DNA of 15,811 bases from Candidatus Heimdallarchaeota archaeon. Its GTDB lineage: Archaea > Asgardarchaeota > Heimdallarchaeia > Heimdallarchaeales > Heimdallarchaeaceae. The notes beneath the pieces were generated by a model. That model saw only the letters and a list, made by a program, of their open reading frames with translations. It did no database searches and was not told the DNA's origin. This document shows, piece after piece, positions 7,962-15,462 of the stretch. Position 1 is the first letter of the stretch. Each line of letters opens with the position of its first letter. The translations under genes were made by a program, and so were the position numbers. The DNA is taken from assembly GCA_030668825.1 (NCBI GenBank), contig DAOVET010000057.1:1-15811 (forward strand), read 5' to 3'.

Positions 7962-9107
7962 TTACTCAAGATGTTTTTTCAGACCTATAATTAATTTATC
8001 AATATCTTCCTCGTTATTGTAGAAATGAGGGCTAATTCTCAATCCGCCATATCGGCTGGAAACAATAATATTGTCTTCTTTTAGTTTCTTTGCTATTTCA
8101 ACATTTTTTGGAACTCTAACATTAACTACACCTGAGCGATATTCCGGTTCCAAGGGTGTTACAAACTCAAAATCACCTAATTGTTGTAGTTCATTGATCA
8201 GATAATCTGTTAACTGTAAAATTCTTTTTTGAACATTCTTAATACCAAATTCTAAGATTATGTCCATTCCACCGCTAGCTACAGCATAAAGAAAATCACT
8301 GGGATTAACATCCATGTATTTGAAAATATCATCCATGTAAACCATATCGTTGACATTCCAATAGACTTCATCGTGATTATCCAATTCCACTCCTTGATAA
8401 CCAGCAAAAGGAGGATCAAATTCCTTTATCAGTTTCTTTTTCATGTAAAACCAACCAGCTTGATTAGGGCCTAAGAGCCATTTAGCTGTTCCGCAAGTTA
8501 AGAAATCTATATCCCAATTTTTCACATCATTGATCATAGCTCCAGAAGATTGAATGGAATCTATTACTATCAAAGCATCATTCTCGTGAGCAATTTTAGC
8601 TATTTCCTTAACATCTGCTTTAAATCCTGATAACCACTGAACATGAGAGAGTAAAACGAGTTTGGTATTTTTATCAACTTTTTGTGCAAATTCTTCTGGG
8701 AGAACTCTGTTTTTTCTATCGGGTACAGGACGATACTCAATTCCTTTAGTCTTTTTCAAGAAAAGAGCCTGATAGACTTGGGATACATAATCATTCCAGT
8801 AACAAACAATGTTACTAACCTTTTCATAATTGATGAGATTTGCTGCTAACCTAGATCCTGCTGTGACGTCAGGAGTGAATATAATTTCTCCTTCAAAGGC
8901 ATTAATTAACTTACTAAATTGTACTCTAGAATCTTGCTTCTTCTGATTTGATTCTTCAAAATCAAACTCTCCCCAACATCTTGTATAATGCTGAATAGCT
9001 TCTGCAGTTTTTCCATGTAGAGGACCTCTTGCTGCATGGTTAAGAAAGGTTCTTTTTGCGATTGTTGGAGATTCTTCTCTTATGCGTTGGATATAATTCA
9101 AATTCAC
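7962..9107 (-). CDS. Aminotransferase class V PLP-dependent enzyme (selenocysteine lyase / kynureninase-like group)
   Basis: FLNHAARGP, LSHVQWLSG, IDSIQSSG (PLP Asp), GTAKWLLGP (PLP Lys), RISPHFYN. GTG start about 25 nt below a TATA box. Confidence 0.85.
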   Translation of the reverse strand: MNLNYIQRIREESPTIAKRTFLNHAARGPLHGKTAEAIQHYTRCWGEFDFEESNQKKQDSRVQFSKLINAFEGEIIFTPDVTAGSRLAANLINYEKVSNIVCYWNDYVSQVYQALFLKKTKGIEYRPVPDRKNRVLPEEFAQKVDKNTKLVLLSHVQWLSGFKADVKEIAKIAHENDALIVIDSIQSSGAMINDVKNWDIDFLTCGTAKWLLGPNQAGWFYMKKKLIKEFDPPFAGYQGVELDNHDEVYWNVNDMVYMDDIFKYMDVNPSDFLYAVASGGMDIILEFGIKNVQKRILQLTDYLINELQQLGDFEFVTPLEPEYRSGVVNVRVPKNVEIAKKLKEDNIIVSSRYGGLRISPHFYNNEEDIDKLIIGLKKHLE

Positions 9108-9131
9108 AAAATAAGAAAAACAAATAGTGCC

Positions 9132-9144
9132 TTTATAGTTTTCC
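9132..9144 (-). promoter_or_regulatory. BRE/TATA promoter; spacing implies a leaderless mRNA for the PLP enzyme
   Basis: Minus strand GGAAAACTATAAA ends 25 nt before GTG 9107. Confidence 0.6.
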
Positions 9145-9156
9145 TAAAAGATGACT

Positions 9157-9735
9157 TCATTTTTTACTGTCAAGATATTTTCTATGTTTAATCATTGAAG
9201 CTATTAATTGATCTATCATTTGAGTTAAGCCTTTGGAGCTTTTCGCCGATACTTCAAAATAGAGATTATCTATGTTTTCCCTATTAGCTGTTCGATTCAA
9301 TCGAAAAACATATTCTTTTGCATCCATAGGATTAAGTGTTCTCTGACTAACCTCCCGCATATCAGATTTGTTTCCAACAATCACGACAGGAATATTACCA
9401 CATCCACTATAATTCAACAATTCTTCCATCCAGAACGGAGCATGTCGGAAAGAATGGGGAGAAGTTATATCATAAACAACTAAAGCCCCATTAGTATTAA
9501 GATAGTGTTTTGATCTATGCTCGTTGGAAAGTTCTCTCCCAGGAATATCGTATAAACTAATTGTAACCTCTTGTCCCTCAACCCTTCTAGTAAACTCTAT
9601 TAAATCTAACTTGATAGAGGGTTTTTTCTCTGCTCCTGGGATGGTTTTGGCAATTTGTTGAAAAAGAGTAGACTTTCCCACTCCATAATCCCCAAGAACT
9701 AATACCTTAAATTTCATGATTTTAACCACTGACAA
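9157..9735 (-). CDS. Ras/Rab-like small GTPase, divergent switch motifs (start TTG 9735 or ATG 9717)
   Basis: G1 GDYGVGKST, G3 YDIPGRE, VVYDIT, G4 NKSD, G5 EVSAK. No C-terminal Cys. Confidence 0.9.
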   Translation of the reverse strand: MSVVKIMKFKVLVLGDYGVGKSTLFQQIAKTIPGAEKKPSIKLDLIEFTRRVEGQEVTISLYDIPGRELSNEHRSKHYLNTNGALVVYDITSPHSFRHAPFWMEELLNYSGCGNIPVVIVGNKSDMREVSQRTLNPMDAKEYVFRLNRTANRENIDNLYFEVSAKSSKGLTQMIDQLIASMIKHRKYLDSKK

Positions 9736-9781
9736 TTACAACAATATATTCATTTTACAAAAAGCTTACCATTTATCCTTT

Positions 9782-10348
9782 TTAAAATCTTGTACGAATA
9801 GCATTACCTAATCGAGTAAAAGCTTCATCAATATTCAAACCTGTTTTAGCACTCGTTTCTAAGAAAGAATTTTCAACTCCAAAGCTTCTAGTTCCCTTGT
9901 TTAAGATGTTGATAAACTTCTGTGCTTCCTTGTGACTAACACTTTTTCTAGTTCTTAAATCTGATTTATTAGCAAGAAGAATAATGGGAACAACAGCTTT
10001 TCCACAGTATTTGAAAAGTTCTCGAATCCATATAGTGCAATCTTTCAGACTTTTCCGATTAGTAACGTCAAAAACTACTAAAGCACCCATACTACCGTTG
10101 TAGAACCTCCCACGTACCTCTTTGAAGATAGGTTGACCAGCTAAATCCCAAATCTGAAAACGCCAAATTTCATTAGGAAAAATCTCTTTTTCTATTACGC
10201 TGAAATCTGCTCCTAAGGTCATTTGATGTGAATGAGAAAAACCATGCCCCATGTACCTATTCCGGATAGAAGTTTTTCCAACTGCTCCATTTCCCACTAA
10301 TGTGATCTTGAAGACATATTCAGCTTTATTCACATATACTAAAATCAC
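9782..10348 (-). CDS. Rab-like small GTPase (start GTG 10348 or GTG 10333)
   Basis: G1 GNGAVGKTS, G2 MTLGADF, G3 QIWDLAGQ, FYNGS, VVFDVT, G4 NKSD, G5 ETSAKTG. Ends right after helix 5 with no prenylation tail. Confidence 0.93.
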   Translation of the reverse strand: MILVYVNKAEYVFKITLVGNGAVGKTSIRNRYMGHGFSHSHQMTLGADFSVIEKEIFPNEIWRFQIWDLAGQPIFKEVRGRFYNGSMGALVVFDVTNRKSLKDCTIWIRELFKYCGKAVVPIILLANKSDLRTRKSVSHKEAQKFINILNKGTRSFGVENSFLETSAKTGLNIDEAFTRLGNAIRTRF

Positions 10349-10392
10349 TAGTAACTAAAAAAGATACTTATTACGAAAAACTATTTCGTTAA

Positions 10393-10406
10393 GAGAAACT
10401 TTTTAA
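10393..10406 (+). promoter_or_regulatory. BRE/TATA promoter; spacing implies a leaderless mRNA for the MFS gene
   Basis: GAGAAACTTTTTAA ends 25 nt before ATG 10432. Confidence 0.6.
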
Positions 10407-10431
10407 CCCCTCAAAGAAATCACGAAATAAG

Positions 10432-11832
10432 ATGCCACAAATTAAAAGCCCAAAACCTAAGCTTGCTTTATCCACACTTATTTTTGGGCACTTTCTAAAC
10501 CATTTCTATGCTTATGTCTTAGGTGTGTCACTCTTAGTTATTAGACAACCAAATCGACTAGATAATTTAGTAAGTATTGTGGTAAAATCTTCTCAACAGT
10601 TTACATCAGAACTAGTTGGTAAAATGGTCATTTTCAACAAATTACCTGATTTGACAACAACTCAAACAGGTTTGTTAATAACACTTCAGATGATTGTTTT
10701 TGCAGTAATCACTCTAGGAGTAGGGGTGGTTGGCGACAAGTGGTTGAGAAGCAAGAATGTTCTTGTTCCACTTGGAATAGTAATTATGGCAATTCATTTA
10801 TTTATTGCAGCTTATGCAACAACGATAGTAGGTCTCATCATAGCTATTCTTATTGTAGCGTTAGGATCTTCGTTTTATCACCCAGTTGCTTATGCCAGTA
10901 TAGCTGATCTTTACGAGGAGAAAAAGGGGTTAATGATGGCTCTTAATGCAGGTTTAGGAATGGCAGGAACATCAATTATACCTGTTATGATAACTATTTT
11001 TCATTCAAGATTTGGATGGAGAAATTTCTTTTTAGTTTTAGGGATAATTTGTTTAGTTTTTGGAGTTGCTATTTACTTTGCACTTAATGTTTTGATTGAA
11101 TATAATTATACAGAGGAAGAAATAGAGAAAAAGAGAATTAATAAAGAAAATATGAATAATGGTGCAAGGGCAAAAAACTGGTTCAAGAAAGAATTTATAG
11201 TCTTAATGACATTTGCAGTAATCGTTTGTTTGTTTTATTCTTCATTTAGATCAGGGGTTTTCAGAATATCAAGTAATTATATGGCATTTTTATTTGTTGA
11301 CCTGTATAATTTCGATCTTAATACTGCTGGTTGGATTATATCATTAATCTTTGTAATAGGAGGATTAACGGCACTTCTTGGAGGATTAGTGAGTGACAAA
11401 TATACCACAAGTCTAACTATGCTAACTTCACTAAGTGGGTGTGCAGTATTGCTTCTGATAATCTTCTTAGGGTCATCAGCTTTTCCATTATGGCTAACAA
11501 TTGCATTATATTTCCTCTTTGTAGCAAGTCTATATTTTTCAGCAGCAGCAGGAACGAAATATGTAGCAGAAAATGTACCTCAAGGTTCGAGATCGACAGG
11601 AATTAGTCTCTTATTTGCATTTCCAAGTACATTAGCAGCATTATTTCCGTTTTTATTTACTAAGATTTACGATAATCCAAGCCCAAATTCAAAATTATGG
11701 TCAATTGCATTTATACTACTCCTAGCAGTGTTGGGAACAACAACAGCAACAATTCTCTTCATAAGAGATGTAAAACGAGGAAATATTGGTAAAAGAAAAA
11801 AGAAGAAAACATTAGCTGATAATACAATCTAA
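10432..11832 (+). CDS. MFS transporter (Fsr-like family)
   Basis: About 12 hydrophobic segments. GHFLNHFY in TM1, motif A GVVGDKWLRSK and GLVSDKYTT, ALGSSFYHP (Fsr-like), charged central loop. Confidence 0.88.
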   Translation: MPQIKSPKPKLALSTLIFGHFLNHFYAYVLGVSLLVIRQPNRLDNLVSIVVKSSQQFTSELVGKMVIFNKLPDLTTTQTGLLITLQMIVFAVITLGVGVVGDKWLRSKNVLVPLGIVIMAIHLFIAAYATTIVGLIIAILIVALGSSFYHPVAYASIADLYEEKKGLMMALNAGLGMAGTSIIPVMITIFHSRFGWRNFFLVLGIICLVFGVAIYFALNVLIEYNYTEEEIEKKRINKENMNNGARAKNWFKKEFIVLMTFAVIVCLFYSSFRSGVFRISSNYMAFLFVDLYNFDLNTAGWIISLIFVIGGLTALLGGLVSDKYTTSLTMLTSLSGCAVLLLIIFLGSSAFPLWLTIALYFLFVASLYFSAAAGTKYVAENVPQGSRSTGISLLFAFPSTLAALFPFLFTKIYDNPSPNSKLWSIAFILLLAVLGTTTATILFIRDVKRGNIGKRKKKKTLADNTI

Positions 11833-11863
11833 AAATTGTTATTTTCCCCCCTCATCTCCTTTA

Positions 11864-11878
11864 CATAAGTTTTAAATA
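11864..11878 (+). promoter_or_regulatory. TATA promoter candidate for hppA
   Basis: ATAAGTTTTAAATA ends about 48 nt upstream of ATG 11926. Confidence 0.5.
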
Positions 11879-11925
11879 ATACGCATATTCTCAAAAACTA
11901 GCTAAAATCAAAAAAGTGAAAATTA

Positions 11926-14211
11926 ATGGATAATATATTATTACTTATTGCTTTAATAACTGGTGTAATTTCAATTTTAGCTGCGATTTATTTCACAGTA
12001 ATTGTTATGAGAAAAGATCGTGGAAACGAGAAAATGATTGAAATTTCCGGGTATATTGAAACAGGAGCTAAAAGCTTCCTAAAAGTCCAATATTTGGTCT
12101 TAGGAATTTTCGTTTTAGTACTGTTCTTAGTAATACTCTTGTTCTTACCATCCAGAATGACTGGACATGAAGTCCCAATTCTTGCCGAAGTGCTCAATTG
12201 GAAACAAGCTGTCGCTTATCTAATTGGGTCAGGTGCATCAATGTTTGCTGGATACCTTGGATTGATAGTTGGAGTTAAGACCAATACAAGGGCAGCACAA
12301 GGAGTAACAAAAGGAATCAAGGAAGGATTTGATATTGCTTTCTTTGGTGGAGCTGTAATGGGTCTAGCAGTTGTTGGTGTTGCACTATTAGGTGTAGGTG
12401 GAATCTACTGGATTTTTGCAGGAGATACTGTAGAATCAGTAAGACAAGCAACCCAGATTGTTCTAGGGTTCAGTTTCGGAGCATCGGGCATCGCATTGTT
12501 TATGAAATGTGGTGGTGGAATTTTTACCAAAACCGCAGATGTAGGTGCAGACCTAGTAGGAAAAGCAGAATATAACCTACCAGAGGACGATGTACGTAAT
12601 CCTGCAACCATAGCTGACAATGTCGGTGACAATGTTGGTGATATTGCTGGAATGGGGAGCGATTTACTAGATTCTTATGTAGCTTCTATCGTAGCAGCTA
12701 TGATCTTAGGAACAACTGTTTTTGCAGCAATTGGTTTCAGTCCTAATTTCGTTATTCTACCAATCCTTCTTTCATCAGCTGGTTTAATTGCTTCACTTAT
12801 TGGTATCTTCTTAATCAAATACTTTGGTGGAGATAATCCTGGTAAATCACTCAATCTAGGAACATACTTAGCAACAGTTCTTTTCGCTGTTTTTGCTGCA
12901 TTAATCATCTGGGTGATGATCTCTCAAATTCCAAGTGGATTATCATCTGCTGAATTGAAAGCTACTATATGGAAATATTGGAAAGATTACATTGCAGTAG
13001 TTCTAGGTCTATTGAGTGGTATTATTATTGGTTGGACTAGTGATTATTACACTAGGGAAGACAAGAAACCAACAAGAACAATAGCCGAATCAGCAGAAGA
13101 AGGACATGCAGTAGTAGTTCTTTCAGGATTAGCTTATGGTCTGCAAAGTGTTGTACTTCCAGCAGCAGGAATCATTGTAGCAATGGCAGTATCCTTCATC
13201 CTTGATGGTGTATTTGGTGTAGCTATGGCAGCAGTAGGAATGCTAGCAATTGTAGGAACAATAGTATCTAATGATGCTTATGGGCCGATCGTAGACAATT
13301 CTCGAGCCATCGCTGAACAAGGAGGATTAGGTGAGGATATTATTCGTAAAGCTGATACTTTAGATTCAGCAGGAAATACAGCAAAAGCAATAACCAAAGG
13401 ATTCGCAATTGGAGCAGCCAATCTTGCAGTACTAGCACTGTTATTCTCATTTATACAAGAAGCAGGAATAGTATCAATAGATATACTCAATGTGAAAGTG
13501 CTCATTGGTGCGTTCATAGGTGTAATTATACCAGCTGTATTCTCAGCGCTGTTGATCTTATCAGTACAGAAAAATGCAGCTAAAATGGTCAAAGAAATCA
13601 GAAGACAATTTACAGAAAATCCAGGTATTTTGAAAGGTACAGAACCAGCTGATTTCAATAGGACTATAGCAATAGCAACAAAAGGTGCTTTAAGAGAATT
13701 AGTACTACCAAGTGTAATTTCGATAGTGACACCAATTCTAGTAGGTGTGGTCTTTGGTGTAGCAGCACTAGGAGCATTCTTAGCAGGAGCAATACTATCA
13801 GGATTTGTGTTCGCAATATTCATGTCTAATGCAGGGGGAAGTTTTGACAATGCCAAAAAATGGATCGAGGACGGAAATCTTGGTGGAAAAGGTACAGATA
13901 CTCATAAAGCAGCTATCACTGGTGATACCGTTGGTGATCCACTCAAAGACACTGCTGGTCCAAGCATTAATACTCTCTTAGTAGTTATGTCCTTAACTGC
14001 CTCTATGTTTATGGGATTACTCGCCAAAATTTCTAGTGGTCAAGGTATTCTCCATGATGCATGGTTCAAAATCGAAGGTATTGATAACCAATATGTTTGG
14101 ATAATTATTGTTCTACTTGCTGGTGCAGCAGCACTTGGTATTCTCTTCTGGGTTATTATCAAGTTTGCCAGAAGCAAGAATATTTTCCAAAAAATCTTAA
14201 AGAAAGAGTAA
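11926..14211 (+). CDS. hppA: Membrane-bound ion-translocating pyrophosphatase, K+-independent H+-PPase type
   Basis: GGGIFTKTADVGADLVGK, DNVGDNVGD, DAYGPIVDN, GNTAKAITKGF, GGSFDNAKK, GDTVGDPLKDTAGPS, plus many TM helices. Confidence 0.96.
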   Translation: MDNILLLIALITGVISILAAIYFTVIVMRKDRGNEKMIEISGYIETGAKSFLKVQYLVLGIFVLVLFLVILLFLPSRMTGHEVPILAEVLNWKQAVAYLIGSGASMFAGYLGLIVGVKTNTRAAQGVTKGIKEGFDIAFFGGAVMGLAVVGVALLGVGGIYWIFAGDTVESVRQATQIVLGFSFGASGIALFMKCGGGIFTKTADVGADLVGKAEYNLPEDDVRNPATIADNVGDNVGDIAGMGSDLLDSYVASIVAAMILGTTVFAAIGFSPNFVILPILLSSAGLIASLIGIFLIKYFGGDNPGKSLNLGTYLATVLFAVFAALIIWVMISQIPSGLSSAELKATIWKYWKDYIAVVLGLLSGIIIGWTSDYYTREDKKPTRTIAESAEEGHAVVVLSGLAYGLQSVVLPAAGIIVAMAVSFILDGVFGVAMAAVGMLAIVGTIVSNDAYGPIVDNSRAIAEQGGLGEDIIRKADTLDSAGNTAKAITKGFAIGAANLAVLALLFSFIQEAGIVSIDILNVKVLIGAFIGVIIPAVFSALLILSVQKNAAKMVKEIRRQFTENPGILKGTEPADFNRTIAIATKGALRELVLPSVISIVTPILVGVVFGVAALGAFLAGAILSGFVFAIFMSNAGGSFDNAKKWIEDGNLGGKGTDTHKAAITGDTVGDPLKDTAGPSINTLLVVMSLTASMFMGLLAKISSGQGILHDAWFKIEGIDNQYVWIIIVLLAGAAALGILFWVIIKFARSKNIFQKILKKE

Positions 14212-14212
14212 T

Positions 14213-15400
14213 TTAACTCTTTTCTTTTTTATTTTTCAACTTTTTTATTTTTCTAATCCGTATAATTAGTATAAGAGATACAATTGATACAAATGAACCT
14301 AGAATTGTAATTGTTCCTGTTTCAGTTATGGTTAAGTTTTTAGTAATAGTTGTTGTGTCAATAATAGTTGTTGGGTCAATAATAGTTACTGTATCTTGAT
14401 TGTATGTGTCATCAATATAAAATATCTCTAAACCTTTAATACCATTTGCTAGATAGGCATAATTTCCTTCGAAGAATATGTTTATTGCTTGATCATATTC
14501 CGTTAGTTCATAAGTTAATGTTAGATCATGAAGATTAGTTACATTAACTATGTACAAACCTCCAGATGCGTCACAAATAAAGGCATGATTGTTTTTAAGT
14601 GCCAAACGAGAAGTAAAACTAGGTGTATCATAAGAATTGACATAAACAGGATTTACTTTATCAGTAATATCAAGGATGATCAATCCTTGTGTTCCTCCAG
14701 CAATGTACATATAGTTACTGTCAATTACTATTCCATCGATTCTATCAGGAGTACTGTAGAGATTAACATAAACTGGATTGAGAACGTCAGATACATTAAG
14801 TATTAACAGACCATCAAGCGTTGCTAGATATGCTAAATCTTCACGTATTTTTATGTCAATTGCTTGATATCCACTGTATGATCCTAAGGCTACAGGAGAT
14901 GTAGGTTCACTTATGTTGTATATATAAAAGCCATGTATGAAATCAGCAATATAGATTAAATCATCAATAATATCAAAATCACATGCATCATTTGATCCGT
15001 AATCACTATAGACTAAGTCTGGTAGTGATGGATTACTAACATTGAAAATAGCTAGTCTATTATTCCATCCAGCTATATAGCAATAACTATCCCTAACTTC
15101 TATACCATATCTTGTCGAACTTGTGAATTCTCCTTGACTAATAAATGTAGGATTAGATGGTTTTGTTACATTAATTATTTGTAAATCTTCATGTTGATCA
15201 GCAATATACGCTATATTATCATCTACAAACACTCCTACTGCTGCATCAGGAGTATCATAAGTAGCAACATGTATTAGTTTGAAAACGAAGTCAGTTGATT
15301 CGATTTGATCTGATGTGCTAAAATTCAGAAATAGTATGGAAATTATAAGAAATAAGAAAATTGAACTTTTTATTATGGTTTTTTTCTTTGGTTTCTTCAT
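14213..15400 (-). CDS. Secreted, membrane-anchored LVIVD-repeat (beta-propeller-like) surface protein
   Basis: Repeats such as AYIADQHEDLQIINVTKPSNP, YIAGGTQGLIILDITDKVNP, AYLANGIKGLEIF. Basic plus hydrophobic N-terminus, Thr-rich linker, C-terminal TM helix and Lys-rich tail. ATG 15400 is preferred over TTG 15436 because of a GGTGA SD at 15406-15410 and a TATA at 15443-15450. Confidence 0.88.
   Translation of the reverse strand: MKKPKKKTIIKSSIFLFLIISILFLNFSTSDQIESTDFVFKLIHVATYDTPDAAVGVFVDDNIAYIADQHEDLQIINVTKPSNPTFISQGEFTSSTRYGIEVRDSYCYIAGWNNRLAIFNVSNPSLPDLVYSDYGSNDACDFDIIDDLIYIADFIHGFYIYNISEPTSPVALGSYSGYQAIDIKIREDLAYLATLDGLLILNVSDVLNPVYVNLYSTPDRIDGIVIDSNYMYIAGGTQGLIILDITDKVNPVYVNSYDTPSFTSRLALKNNHAFICDASGGLYIVNVTNLHDLTLTYELTEYDQAINIFFEGNYAYLANGIKGLEIFYIDDTYNQDTVTIIDPTTIIDTTTITKNLTITETGTITILGSFVSIVSLILIIRIRKIKKLKNKKEKS
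14344..14397. repeat. 18-nt in-frame tandem repeat (2 near-identical copies plus 1 degenerate)
   Basis: TAATAGTTGTTGTGTCAA / TAATAGTTGTTGGGTCAA / TAATAGTTACTGTATCTT, encoding DTVTII-DPTTII-DTTTIT on the minus strand. Confidence 0.85.
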
Positions 15401-15442
15401 TTGTTTCACCAAACGTGAATCTAGTAATATAACCAAAAAAAA

Positions 15443-15462
15443 TATTTAAAGATTTCTTTAAA
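15443..15462 (-). promoter_or_regulatory. BRE/TATA promoter of the LVIVD gene overlapped by an 8-2-8 palindrome
   Basis: Minus strand AAAGAAATCTTTAAATA. Plus strand TTTAAAGA-TT-TCTTTAAA at 15445-15462. Confidence 0.55.

Noticed and set aside
7962-9107. Calling the PLP enzyme sufS or iscS
   Set aside because: The catalytic cysteine loop is absent.
11988-13856. Minus-strand ORFs including the 192-aa 13278..13856
   Set aside because: Antisense mirrors of hppA codons, a common artefact opposite conserved hydrophobic genes.
14344-14397. Tandem repeat as a CRISPR array
   Set aside because: 18-nt contiguous in-frame units with no spacers and no cas genes.
14528-14806. 92-aa plus-strand ORF
   Set aside because: Antisense to the LVIVD-repeat gene with no independent evidence.
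15401-15436. TTG start at 15436 for the LVIVD gene given in the ORF track
   Set aside because: Only about 7 nt from the TATA candidate. ATG 15400 has an SD and suitable spacing.
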